Shown here: one piece after another, positions 12,046 through 24,275 of the stretch | Position numbering within the stretch: position 1 is the first letter of the stretch | Layout: each line of letters opens with the position of its first letter | Assembly (NCBI GenBank): GCA_026025075.1 | Contig: JAPEUI010000078.1 | Span: 1-64,000, forward strand | Length of the DNA: 64,000 nt | Origin: Vezdaea acicularis | Taxonomy: Eukaryota | Direction: 5' to 3' | Position numbers and translations under genes: made by a program | Notes under the pieces: generated by a model | Seen by the model: only the letters and a program-made list of their open reading frames with translations | Database searches by the model: none | Told to the model about the DNA's origin: nothing

Positions 12046-14106
12046 ATGAGCGGCCCACCGTCCAAGCCCCCTCCACCCAAGCCTAGTATAACCCCCACGG
12101 GAACCCCAACCCTCTCGCCGCAGATAGGCTCACCCCCAACACTACTTTCTCCGACGACTACAGTTCCTAAGAAGACCGGTATACCATCTAGCTCCAGCCA
12201 ATCCAGCACTAGTCAATCTACCTCTACTCTGCTTAGCTCTACAATATCAAAATCATCTCCCTCCAGCGGTCCGTCATCTGGATCTTTACCGTGGATTTCA
12301 GCGTACTCTCCTGGATCTGGGGGTTGCGACATATGTGGGAAACCTACATGTTGCATTAAATGCCATGTTTGCTCTAATCTAGACGCCTACGCGGATAAAT
12401 TTTCACTCCATGGGAGAAATGCTGAAGTTGTGGGGCTACTAACCAAAGACGAGTATGCACGTTTGGGGCCGCTCCAAGCTGCAGTTGTTGATGCCGTAGA
12501 AAAATATGAGGAGATCTGGAAAAAGCTAGGGCCTCTTCAGGATAGCCCAGCGCGCATGGACACAGAAGCAGGCCGTGCCGAACAAAGAGAGCTGAGCCAG
12601 AGTAGCACGGCAAACGAAGCGCTGCGAGAGAAGCTGAAGGCCGAAGGTGAGGATATTGTTCAGAAGCTGGTGAAGAGATTCTGGGCTGGGGTGGACTTCC
12701 CAATAAGGTCGCCGCTCGAGAGAGCACGGCTCGTGTTTGCCTGGGTTGCGAAGTCTTTCGATAACTATCCAGGTTGCAAGGAAAAGTGGTCTAGCTTTGA
12801 ACGGAGCAACGCAGCAACTATCCTCTGGGGAAAGGAGGTTTGTCATGGATACTGCGAACTATTCCTCGCCCTTTACAACCACGATGTGACATCCTCTGAT
12901 ATGCAGGCTGTCAAGGTCGAGGGCTGGGATAGAAGTAAACCCTATGAGAGGTGGGCCGGCAAGGATCTTACGGACAAGTCGACCAAGACAACCCATGACT
13001 GGATTGCAGTGCCTCTGGGTGATGGCACTTTCAGATTCATGGATCCGCACTGGGGATCGGGTCGCATGGTGGAGAAGTCTGTAGCGAGATCGGTGAAGGG
13101 AACGGTTGTCACGGAGAAAACTTGGGAATGGGAATCTGATTTCTCTCCACACTGGTTCTGCATGGACCATGAATTATTCTTGAGGACTCATTGGCCAAAT
13201 GATCCCGATCGCCGATACCTCAAGAGCGGTCTGTCTTCTTCCTACCAACAATGGGTCGAGCCTAGGGGTCCAAAGTATTACTCAGTGCTTCAGAAACACT
13301 TGGACGTCTTGACGCTATTGCCGGACTCAACATCGATTGGCATCAAAGACCGAACATCCATCGCAGTGTCGTTCCCCAAAGGGTGCGCCCACGATAAACG
13401 TACGATGACTGAGTACTCGATTGAAGGACAAAAAGGGAGCACGGCCGTCTTCAAACCGAATGGAGAGTTGTGGGTTGCAAACTACAAAATAACGGAACCA
13501 GTTGATGAGGAGTTTGATCTGTCATTTATCATACAACCGCCTGGTACAAAGCTTCAGATGGTAGGCGCTGAGTGGCGATGTAAGAGGGATCTCCGTGAGC
13601 AGAAAAAAGAAGTCACATTCTCTAGTACGCGCTTGATCCCGTTTCAGATAACCCCAGGGCCAACCTTACAGTCAACTCCAAAGCCAGCCCTCACGACAAC
13701 CCCAGCGCCAACCTCACCGCTAACGTCAAAGCCAATCCTAGGACCAACCTCACCGTTGACGTCAAAGCCAACCCCAGGACCAACCTCACCGTTAACGTCA
13801 GGGCCAACGCCAGCCCCACAGCCAACCTCAAGGTCAACCTCGCCGCCACCCTCACAGACCACCTCAAAGTCAAGATCACTGCCACCCTCAAGGCCTGCCC
13901 CAACGAAAACCTCGGCGTCAACCTTGGTGAGCACCACATCGACCATCCAGGCACCCGTGCCTGGGGCGACCCCGTCGGTGACTACGGCCATCCCGCCGAC
14001 CAGCACCCCGACCTCACCAACCGGTCCCAGGCCTGGGGCTCCTTCCAAACCCGCTCCCCCGCCACCCACCCAGAAGAAGCAGGACCCACCACCCCCAGGA
14101 GTATAA
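12046..14106 (+). CDS. Transglutaminase-like (kyphoscoliosis peptidase / Cyk3-type) protein with Pro/Thr/Ser-rich tails
   Basis: Intronless 686-aa ORF. LERARLVFAWV; VCHGYCELF (Cys), HDWIAV (His), FMDPHWG (Asp); WFCMDHELFLRTHWP. Confidence 0.82.
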   Translation: MSGPPSKPPPPKPSITPTGTPTLSPQIGSPPTLLSPTTTVPKKTGIPSSSSQSSTSQSTSTLLSSTISKSSPSSGPSSGSLPWISAYSPGSGGCDICGKPTCCIKCHVCSNLDAYADKFSLHGRNAEVVGLLTKDEYARLGPLQAAVVDAVEKYEEIWKKLGPLQDSPARMDTEAGRAEQRELSQSSTANEALREKLKAEGEDIVQKLVKRFWAGVDFPIRSPLERARLVFAWVAKSFDNYPGCKEKWSSFERSNAATILWGKEVCHGYCELFLALYNHDVTSSDMQAVKVEGWDRSKPYERWAGKDLTDKSTKTTHDWIAVPLGDGTFRFMDPHWGSGRMVEKSVARSVKGTVVTEKTWEWESDFSPHWFCMDHELFLRTHWPNDPDRRYLKSGLSSSYQQWVEPRGPKYYSVLQKHLDVLTLLPDSTSIGIKDRTSIAVSFPKGCAHDKRTMTEYSIEGQKGSTAVFKPNGELWVANYKITEPVDEEFDLSFIIQPPGTKLQMVGAEWRCKRDLREQKKEVTFSSTRLIPFQITPGPTLQSTPKPALTTTPAPTSPLTSKPILGPTSPLTSKPTPGPTSPLTSGPTPAPQPTSRSTSPPPSQTTSKSRSLPPSRPAPTKTSASTLVSTTSTIQAPVPGATPSVTTAIPPTSTPTSPTGPRPGAPSKPAPPPPTQKKQDPPPPGV
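13708..13815 (+). repeat. 36-bp coding tandem repeat x3 (PTSPLTSKPILG / PTSPLTSKPTPG / PTSPLTSGPTPA)
   Basis: Units at 13708-13743, 13744-13779 and 13780-13815, each starting CCAACCTCACCG. Confidence 0.92.
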
Positions 14107-14862
14107 AGACGCACCCTCGTGACGTGCTATATTCACAATCAGAGATGCAACGTTGTGTCAGGCGGGTGTGCCAAGCGCAGACAGATTGAATTGATCAATG
14201 TTTCTTTTGTTCGTAATGCTGAATTCGCGGGCAAAGTGACATGCAGACTTAGGCAACGATGGTGTTTCTCCTTTTCTCTCCTTTACTCGGCTTTCTCTGT
14301 CTTTACTTTGCTTTTCTCTGCTTTTTTACCGCTTGTCTCTGCTTTTCTCCACTCTACTCTTAATTTTTCTGCTATTCTCAAGGGCGCTTATATCGACTTG
14401 TGCAACAAATTGGTTCCACGAAAGGGGATTTAGGCTGGTGACAACTTGTACTGAAATGAAATACATGACGATTTCATGATATAGAGGAATGCGACGTGCC
14501 TTCATTTTATCGAAAAGAAACAACAACCATCGTGTTTTCCCAAGGCGTAGGAAAGGATCTAACACGTCTAATACCCACCAAGTTCAGGAAAATTGTCTGG
14601 GTTGGTGGATCATAGGGAACGTGATGCGTAAAAATGGTATCATATCCCTATTCGCTTAACCTACCCTAGGGCCCCTCCCTTGCATGGTGTAGCTAAATGA
14701 TTCCAACAAGCTATGACGCAGCCAGGACCCCACATTCCCGCATGAAACAGGCTCTCCGCCAAAATGTATCCGCCATCCCTTGCTTACAGCCAAACGCCAT
14801 CGCATGTCAATCCGAATGCAGCTCGCTGAAGCACAGCTCATCATCAACATCATCTGAGCGCG

Positions 14863-16769
14863 ATGGCGGCCCTCCAGACGACGTTCACGTGGATCGCGTA
14901 TGCCGTGGCGGTGGTGCTGTTGATGATCATTGCCGCTATCTTCGTTTTCACGTATCAAACGCCGCGTGATCGATCCGCGGCCGTCACGACCGTCTGCATC
15001 GTCACGCTCACTGCTCTCCTCGCGACGGTGCTCCTCCTGCCTGTCGATATCGCGCTCGTATCGTCTACGTCTTCGTCGCGACATGGTCGGAAGAAGGATT
15101 GGGCGACAGTCGAGGATACCGAACGAATCTTGTTCACGCTCAAGGTTGTTTACTACACGCTTTACTCGCTAGACGTCCTTTTGTGCTTGATCGTGGTGCC
15201 CTTCACATACTTCTGGCATGAAGAATACGATGAGGTCGAGCAGGAAGAAGGGACTCAAACTCTCGGGAAGAAGTTTTGGGGGGCTTTCAAGTACACAATC
15301 GCATTCATCTTGCTGGTTGTGATTCTATTCCTTGTGGGATTCTTCGTTCCCATTGCAAAAGGCACAAAGGATGTAGACTTGAATTTAGATTACCTCAGAC
15401 GGCTCCTGGCGAAAAACCGTACGTTGTGCATCGCCCAAGATTCTGCCAATGCTAATCATTCTCCTCATTAGGTGGTGAACGTGCTCTTACGTTCAGTCTT
15501 GGGCTGCTCATTACACTTGGCACCATTCTATACGTGTTCTACACTGGCGCTGGGCTAGCACTCTTACCGATATCGTTCATCAAGTCCGCCCCAGGTATCT
15601 CTGCGCCACGTCTTGCGGCAGATACTGCTACACAACTCGAAGAGAACAGAGAGAGGCAACGTCAACTGGAAGGCAGGAACGCTGGCAACCCAGATGGATT
15701 ATCGAACAAGGATCGTCGTGAACTAGAAATCCTTACGCGTGAAGAACGAACACTGGTTCGGAGGGAGCGCCTGGCAGCTGAGGCGAGCGGTGAGGGAAAG
15801 AGCAAGATCATGAAACTGTGGACAAAGGTGGAGGCTGTGTTCCGACCCATCAAGCTTCTCGGTGGCATCTTTCTACTCCTAATTGCTATACTGATCTGGG
15901 TCTCCATGCTCTTGACTGGAATCGACAAGGCGAAGAACTCCATTTGCAAACGCCGATGCGGATACATCTTGAGTCAGATCCAGATCTTCAACCCTATCAA
16001 CTGGATATTCCTAAAGTCATCGAAAGTTTTCCCAGTCGATTACATTATTGTTACCCTGCTCGTACTGTTCCTCTTCAGCAGCTCAGTGGTGGGAATCGCA
16101 ACCATCGGAATCCGATTCCTATGGATTCGTATTTTCCAGATTAGGAAAGGGCATACCACTCCACAGGCATTGCTGATAGCAACGGTTATGCTCACGCTGA
16201 TTGTCCTGGCTATCAACTATTCGCTCGCAGCAATAATCGCACCGCAATACGCGACCTACGGTCCGCAGACATTCTGTACAAACCCGCCAAAGCATCCAGG
16301 CGAGCAGCCAAATTGCGACGCACATCCAGACAAGATCATCCCTTGTTCGAAGATAACAGACTCAGACGCAGCCAAAAATGTGTGCACGCCGAGCGTGGTG
16401 AGCTTCTTCCTGGATCGGATTACGGTCAACTTCCCATTCTTTGGAGTCGTCGATTTCTGGGCTCAGTTCGTCTTCCTAGGCGTTTTCCTCTTGGTCTTCC
16501 TGTTATCTCTGTTTAGAGCACCGAAGCTAGATGCAAACCAGCTTGATGAGGATGCAGAAGAGGAAGAGGAAGAAGGCCTACTAGCGAGCACCGGTCGGCG
16601 CTTTGGTGCGACCTGGGAGGATATCACTGGTGAGGAGATCGAGGTCCTAAATATAGTTTATTGATGCTGACATTTGCCCAAAGGTCGCTCGAAATCCAAG
16701 GCTGCGAAGAATGGCAGTACTGCTAGGAGGAACCGTGATGACGACGATGATGGCGGCCTCGAGGATTGA
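14863..16769 (+). CDS. LMBR1-family membrane protein (probable lysosomal cobalamin transporter, LMBD1-like)
   Basis: Many TM helices; [44 protein letters not shown]. Introns at about 15419-15471 and 16630-16683; stop TGA 16767-16769. Confidence 0.9.
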
Positions 16770-16984
16770 TTGAGGCAGTTCTTGGAGAGTTGTTGCATTT
16801 GGTTGCTCTGGCTATTTTGTAGCGGATCGGGCTCTCTGGCGTAATGACACGGGAATGAAATGGCGACTTAGGTTTGGTTCTCGAATAGCAGGAGATCTTG
16901 AATGGTAGTCTTTCCAGCAATCTATAGGAGTTTGCAGCACCTCTTGGTCCGATTGAAAGCTCGAAAATTCCCAAGCTCGTGAAC

Positions 16985-18000
16985 TCAACCAGCTTCGAGG
17001 ACTAGAGAGCGATGTCTCCGCTCCTCGAAGCCTGCGGATTCGCTCCTATGCCCTTCATTCCAGCACCTCATGCAATAGAGGTCACCATCACAGCCCAAAC
17101 ATTTGACGCGTGCGTCATCCTGACAGATGATGCACCAGCTATCAATCTCGGCGTCTGTGAATTTCTTCGCACTGGGCTTCTTCGTCCTGAATGAAGGGAG
17201 AGAAGTGGGTGCGGATGGGAGTGAGAGGGCGGCAAAGCGCTCTGAGAGTGACTGTTCCGGTTTCCCAGAATCTTCGCCTGCTTCTGCAGAGGGCTGAGAT
17301 AGGAAATCCTTAGGGGCGTCGGGCAAGTCAAGACTTGTGTTCTCTTTCGATAGGCTGTTCATATTGTCGTTGGCCTCGTCGCCGTCTTGGGAATCTCTAT
17401 CTGAGGGTGTACCAATCCCGTGCCTCCTCTCGTACTCCACTTCTGCCAACACCTTGGATATGTAGTCATCAGAACCTTCCTCCACTTCGGTCTCAAGCTT
17501 CTTTTCGTCATCTACAGCAAAAGCCGACATATCCGGTGGGGGAGCCGCTGGCTCCCCTTCTGTCTCCTCTAGGTGTTCTTTTGAACCATGTTTTGCTCCT
17601 GACACAGGAGCTATCGTAGTCTGAGCTTCTCGGAGTAGATCCCGTACTTCTGCCTCATCTTCTTGTCCCACGTTCCATTCTTCTTCGGGCCCTAGCTCTG
17701 CTAGAAGCTCCTCCAGCGTCTGTTCATCCTCTTCATTGCGCGTAGTTGACGCCTCATAACCAGACTTTATTGAACCTTTCTCAGCGGTCGACTTCTCAGG
17801 AGGTTGTGGGGACTTGAGAGCCCGAAATCGGCCAGTCAATGCATCGTCATCTCCTACAGCGAGGGGCTCGGTTCTGCAGTCGGAGCGTCAGTCTTTGATA
17901 TATGTAGAGGATAATTACGAACTACATACCTATTCTCAAGGCGAACGCTCGATTTTTTCAGAGCGTTCAGTCGTTGGAGTAGAGCATCATCGTCATTCAT
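16985..18000 (-). CDS. ZFYVE19/ANCHR-like protein with C-terminal B-box-type zinc finger
   Basis: Exon 1 [19 protein letters not shown]-terminal [30 protein letters not shown]...H. Confidence 0.8.
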
Positions 18001-18841
18001 AGTCGTATGGAAGCGCAATGAAACTGAGTAGTGTTTAGGAGCGCAAGTTCCAAAGCTCTGATAAACTCGATCGCGTCGCTTAGTTGGGGGTTTTAAGGAC
18101 GACAACCAACAAAATATACGCTCTATGAATTGATAAAAAATATCAGTTCTACAACGACTTTTGTTGTAGTGATTTAGAGATTATTCTAGTGTTTTTAAAC
18201 ATATTTTTGACAAATAAAAGTGAGAGTCCTCATGTCATTATCAGGCCTTTTGGATTTTGGGGGATCTTGGGCATGAAAACCCAAGCAGCTTTTATGGACC
18301 CCAGAAGATCATAAAGGAAGCGTTTGTTAACCGAGAAATATCCAAACAGGCCGATATGGCGTTCATGAAAATTTGGCAAAACTTGAACCAAGTCAATGAT
18401 GTCCAAAGCATATTTTCAGATTAATGAGTATATGCTAAGAAAGCATAATATGCAGCTTGGTGGCCGTTCTAACTGCTACTTCAGCAACAATAGCCCCTTG
18501 ATTGGGACAAAATAACGCCAAACCCTCCCCATGCAAAGCATGCCCCCGCGAATCTAATTTGCCTCTCTTCTCGTACTAGTCTACAACGTGCAGAGGTCAC
18601 ATGAGCCTACACAGAATGTCCCACGGTGTGCTGGTATGATCAGCGGATTGCTTGAAGCGTCGTTGACGCTCGAGAGACCTTCGTGGCATGGCTTTCTCGG
18701 CAGCTGGCCCCATCCTGGAATTACGCTTCACCGATCGTCAAGACAACTACACGACGATCTTTGGGCTTGCGAGACATTGCAAGAGCATCCGAGCCAAGCA
18801 ACTAGGAGTGAATTTTAAGATAAAGTGGTTGAGTTAAAAGC

Positions 18842-19564
18842 TCAGGTTCCGGACAGGAGGCTGAGCGCGGACTCAAACGCTTTCACCACTTTGACGTCTG
18901 CAGAAACAGTTAGTACTGGCCTGAAATTGGCGCCATCATACTTGCAGTGCTCTCTCTTCTGGTCTAGATTGCTCTCGGCAGTCTGCACCCATGCCATACG
19001 CGTCTTGAGGCTAGGCACAATCAGCTAGGCCTCGCACAAGAAGGTACCCTGGGCGTACCGTTTGCTAGCTCTTTCGTGCTCACCATTGGATGGCACTTGT
19101 GACCAGACGGAAAAGAACTATTGAGAACTAAGAAGAAGCTAGAAATCTCCTTGCATGTTGAACTGTACCTTCATTAGCTGCACGAACTCTTCACGAATCT
19201 GAACTTCTGCGGTATATCGCTCATCCATAGCAGCGGCATATCTTTCTTCAAGCTCACTCCAGTCTAATGGATCAATAGGGATCATTGGATCTCCTGCATT
19301 ACGATCAACTTCCGCATCCATAGTACCGGGCATAGGTAGACTGGACTGTGCTCTCTTGTCTGTATCGTCAGGATATGGTGGAGGATTGCTTGCATTTTGC
19401 GGGGTTACAACAACAACCTCCGAATATCGCTTGCTTTGCGGCGTATGGGGTGATACGAAGTTTGGACTGTCTGCGATCAATTCCTTCTGTCCAACTTGAT
19501 TGGCAGAATTGTTCTCAACCTCAAACATTGACCATTCATGATCTGGAGCGACTTGATGATCCAT
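18842..19564 (-). CDS. Conserved fungal hypothetical coiled-coil protein (start uncertain)
   Basis: Three introns join DWSELEERY...LMK / FFSVWSQ...ERASKR / LKTRMAWVQTAESNLDQKREH / YVKVVKAFESALSLLSGT*. The last intron (18898-18945) is GC-AG. Confidence 0.72.
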
Positions 19565-20053
19565 GTTTGCCTTGAGCCTCAGCTCAATTAGTGTTTGACT
19601 AAACGAGACTTTGCGAGCATAGAAGTTTCGCAGATAATAGGCGTTCTTCGTAGTAGTAAGTTTATAACTAGGAAGTGCATCTGCCACGTCGCGTAGCATA
19701 AACTTCGGCGGGCGGAAGATGCCGTTCGTTGCGCGTGTCCCCGTGATTGCATATGCACCTGTCTGACACGGGTCATTATGCTCCTCATCCTCCTAGTACT
19801 CGGAGCCTCTTCGTTCGATATGATGTCGCCGAGCACATTTTTGACACGATCAGCCGCATAGCGGACCATGGCGCAGTGAACCACGAAACTCTTATGCGCT
19901 CCACCTGGCTTTCGATGTGGTAGCCTTGTGGATCGCACGGATGGCCGTGACTCAGGCAACCACCACTCTTTGCCGCACGGCGCGCGTTGTTAAGCCACCA
20001 CCACCACCATTTCTCATGTCTCCACGATAATATCATTGGTTCTCTTTAAAACT

Positions 20054-21680
20054 ATGAATTGCGATACATGTAGCCGTCTCGGCAGCTCGAAACTTCCATT
20101 CAACTGCGCAACTTGCGCTCGAAATGCTCTCTATGAGCTCCGCATTGAGAATGCTCGGGCGCTCATCGAGAGGGAGTCTTTGGGCCATAGCATTGAGAAG
20201 GCGGTAGGAAGTGATGCGGAGGAAGGATCGAAAGGGCAAAAAGCTGGGATGCAAAAGGGTGTGCTTTCAAGAGTTGATCTTGAGCGCTTGGTTGCTTTGA
20301 AGGAACAGGCCGCAGAGCGTACGACAGAGGTCGAGGCAACATCCGATGCCATAAAGACAAGCATCGCTTCAACGCGCAAAGACCTTGCTGAAAGAGAAGC
20401 TACTCTGGATCTACGGCGTAAAGCGCTTGCCGCCATGAGGAAGAACCATGCATCCAAAACAGCGTCTGTTCTAGAGGTAGTACAGGCTGATACGGGGAAG
20501 GTTGAAGCGAGATGGGGCTCTGCACATTCGAAGATCACCACCTCACGCAAATTTCTTTGCAAGGAAGCCGCGGAGCTTTATGGACTGCGTCAGAAGAAGA
20601 GGAAGCTGAGCAACGGGTCAATCAAGGTCGAATACATGGTAGGGGGTGTGGTGGTTCCTGACCTGAGGCAGCTGAATAGTGAGGTCCTTGATTCGTTGAT
20701 ATGGATATATACTAATAGGCACTCAAGGAATCCGCCATACCCAGATCACAGCCTCGTTGACACATGTTACTCACATCCTTGGACTCTTCTGTCACTACCT
20801 TGGTCTTCGTCTACCGGCCGAAGTTACTCACCCACACAGAGAATACCCGCTGCCCACGATCTTCCCCCCCTCGTCCTCCTACCTATACCGTGACGTACCA
20901 TTTCCTGGGTCTACACCCTCGCATGCATCTAACGCTAGCCCGATTACACCCAAGGGCGAGATCCAATCCTTACCACGACCTCGGCCGCTCTATCTCGACA
21001 GAGACCTGCCGACCCTTGCAAAAGAAGATCCTACGGGGTATTCTCTCTTCATGGAGGGGGTGACCTATCTCGCGTGGGACGTGGCATGGGTCTGCCGAAC
21101 TCAGGGACTCAACGTGGGAGGGAATGGATGGGAGGACATCTGCTCTATGGGGCGGAATCTGTGGCGGCTGCTGAACCCAAAGACGATTGAAGAGCGCCTT
21201 GTTCATGACGAGCCATCGGCAGGGCCTGCGACTGTCAAAGAGAATACGTCTGCCAGACCTGCGACGAAGCCGCCGGTTGAGTTTGGGCATCTCTCGCATG
21301 GAACGGCACATTCATTCTTGGGCAGCGCGGACGGCACGGACTACATGCGTGGCTGGAAGCTGTACAGCGTGATGAAGATCGTGGATGCACTGAAGAAGAA
21401 GCTGGAAACGGACATGCTCGGGGCCGGATGGGAGATGCTAGAAGAGGAGGAGTGGGGAGATGAGAAGGTAGAGGACGAGGAGGCGGTCTTGGTGGGGGCG
21501 AGAAAGAGTAAGGCCAGCAGTAGTCGCGACGAGGCGGATACGATGTCGTTGATGAGCGTGCCCGCATCACGAGGCGCCGCTGGCGACGACGTTGCGCAGG
21601 GAAAACGCGGAGAGCTGGAGGGCAGAGCGGACAGAACGAAGGGATGGACGAAGCTGAAGTCTAGATCATCCGAGGGGTAA
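20054..21680 (+). CDS. ATG14/UVRAG-family autophagy PI3K-complex subunit
   Basis: N-terminal CxxC...CxxC (MNCDTC...FNCATCARN), long coiled coil, HYLGLRLPAEV...PRPRPL...FMEGVTYLAWDVAWVCRTQG. One intron at about 20679-20728. Confidence 0.85.
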
Positions 21681-24275
21681 GGGCGTTTTGCGTTTCGCAT
21701 CTCATTGTGGCGGCATGTGCATCTGGTAGGTGTCTAGGCGGACACTGTTGCATTTGTTCCAAGGCGAATATAGAATGACTATGGTAGGCATAAGAACACT
21801 ACAAGTTTTCAGGAACAGTCCGCCATGCGCCATACCCACAAAGTGCTGCCTCCTCCTATGCTTCAGACGTGATTTCTCTATACTCCGCCGTCCCCTCCCC
21901 CTCGGGGATGCCGAGATGTCTATTGTCTGCAGCGGGGAAAAGCACGGCTGCTCAGCTTGGCAGGTGGTCAAGAACGTGGGCTGCTCCTCCTTCACTCGGC
22001 GCGCGTTGGACCTGCCTGATGGAGGGCAGGGCGGTGAGATGGGCCAGCATTCCGAACAAGAGACCCCTCAAGGGCATCAAAGGGATTGCCTTGTTGAGAT
22101 GAAAGAATGCAACAATGTTACTGTTGACTTCCGCGCGACAACAATGACGCGTCTATAGTGCTGATAGTCTTTGTTCTGGCACCTTCCTCGAACTCTCCGA
22201 GTCTTTACACCGAGGTTCTTCTTACTCAAGCCCACCTACATTATTCTGGGGTCCTGCAAAAATCTCGCCAACTATGAATAAACCTTTCACTTTACGACCG
22301 AGTTCGAATAGCACCAGGTAGATTGAGCAATCTGCGACGGATATCGCCTCGAACGAATACGAATAGGTCCCCTCCTCGGTCACAGCGTTCGCAGAAGGTG
22401 ACCCTTCGACGAACGAGCGTCCACCAGGCTCTCTCGCCGATTCAACAAGTCACGGCGGAGAGCATCCCGGATTTTGACGGCGCCGGTTGCTGAAACAGCT
22501 CCGGACCTCCTCCCAAATTTGGCGCCTACGACAAGTCACGACGTACCAGTGAAGGACGCGTAGTCAGCGACGGCCGCGAAAAAGGTGGCAATCTTCGTCT
22601 GGCGGGCGAGCACCAACGGATCGAGTTGAGGTTGTCACGATCATACCGGATCGAGCTGGCAGTCGAGGGCCGGCGGATCGGCGAATCGATCTCTTGGCCA
22701 GTCGACGGACTCCGGCGCCACCAGGTTAGTCTGCCCCATTTCCTTTTCTCTGCCCCTCCCCACTTGGGCCCGCCCGCTCCTCTTTCGCTCCTGCCCAGAT
22801 TGGCCCGGACGCTCACGCGACCTGGAAAGAGAGAGAGAGAGCGAGGGAGAAAGATGAAACGCCAGCGAAGCCATCACGACCGACGGCGACACCAGCGGAA
22901 TGGAGTCGATCCCACCACGCCGGGCGGGAAAGCGGTCGTGTGCGAGTGAGGACGCGCATCGTGGCTGATGGAATGCCATCGCGCTGTCGTCGCTCCGATG
23001 GGAATTTCTTCAGGACAGCCCTCTTTCTTTCCCCACAGCAGAGCAGGCGAGTTGTGACACGGGACTTGGACATGCAGCAGGCAGCTCACTAGCCACGGGA
23101 TGCGTCAGGGGGTGGGCCGCTCGTATGGGACGAATCAGGCTATGGACCTGCGCAGGCGACATATCGATCTGCGACAAGACCCTGTCGGCAGGCCCCTGCC
23201 ACTGCTGCAGCTGCTGCCGCTGTCGTCGTTGTTCTCTCGGACTGCCCGTCTGAGTCTGGCTCTTCGTCTCTCGCTTTCTCTCTCTCTCATTTTCTCAATT
23301 GCTGGAGAAATAGGCACGGTCGCGTGCCAGACTTTGATGACGAGGCGGATGCAGATGCGCAAGATCCAACTCATCTGCTTTCCCATCCCGCACGGACGGC
23401 GCCTTATCAACCTTCTCCGGGCGGAAAATGCCGCGAAAGTTGCGGTCTGGGGTCGTGCCGGCCGCTGCTCCAAGCGAGCTCAGGTACCGCCGCTCGCTGA
23501 TTGGCCCATTCTGCCCGGGCGGTGTTGTGGCCGGCTTCACTGGCTGGACTGGCCTGCTTGCTTTTGGTTGCTTCTCCTCCTCACCTCCTCTCTCTGTATC
23601 GCTTTGGCTTGGGCAGAGCCGTTTGGGGAGTTTCGGCGTGTCTGTGCTCGTCCTGGCGTGTTCTGGCGTGGCCGCCGTTCTGTTTTTAAGATTGGGCTTG
23701 GCGCCGCGACTAATGCGAAACAGGCGGACGCGGCTTGACTGGGGGGGGCGTGGGGCTTGACGGCGCCGTGGAGCAGCGGCGACGCAGCGACTCAGGCACC
23801 AGACTCCGTCCGCGCCCGTCTCAAGCGACGACAAGCGAGATTTCGTCCCATCTCCTTTCCAGCGCGAGCGCCCGTCCAACCGACTCCTCCGCATCCCGTT
23901 CCCTTTGCCGCCAGTCTCCCTCGCCGTCTCGTGTGTTGTTCCTTTTCTCGGCTTCCTCCTTCCTCTCTCCTCTTTCTCTGCTCTCTCTATCCCTCACCCT
24001 TCACTACATCAACCCCCCGTGTGTTTCTTCGCATTCACCACAGTCGCTCCTTCCACCACTTCTTATTTTGGGCTTTGACACGCTCACCACGCTCCTTAAC
24101 CACGGTGTTGATTTTTTTGCGGGCAACAGCTGAGGAGGAATTTTTGCACCGACATTCAACCATCCCAAACACTACACCACGCTACACTACACCATTCTAC
24201 CACCCCTACCGAATCTACGACCCCAAAACTTGATCATCTATCCGAGTCGAGTCTTTGTTTAGCATCCCCTTCGCC

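Noticed and set aside
13644..14114. Antisense Gly/Val-rich ORF, and similar antisense ORFs over PEX13, ERO1 and SSB
   Set aside because: Shadow frames of real genes.
14863..16769. Cobalamin-transporter homologue in a Dikarya fungus
   Set aside because: LMBR1-family genes are widespread in Dikarya regardless of B12 use; not novel.
21700..24230. Many overlapping 60-210 aa ORFs upstream of TOS1
   Set aside because: Expected in GC-rich, stop-poor DNA; low-complexity Arg/Leu/Ser translations without domains.
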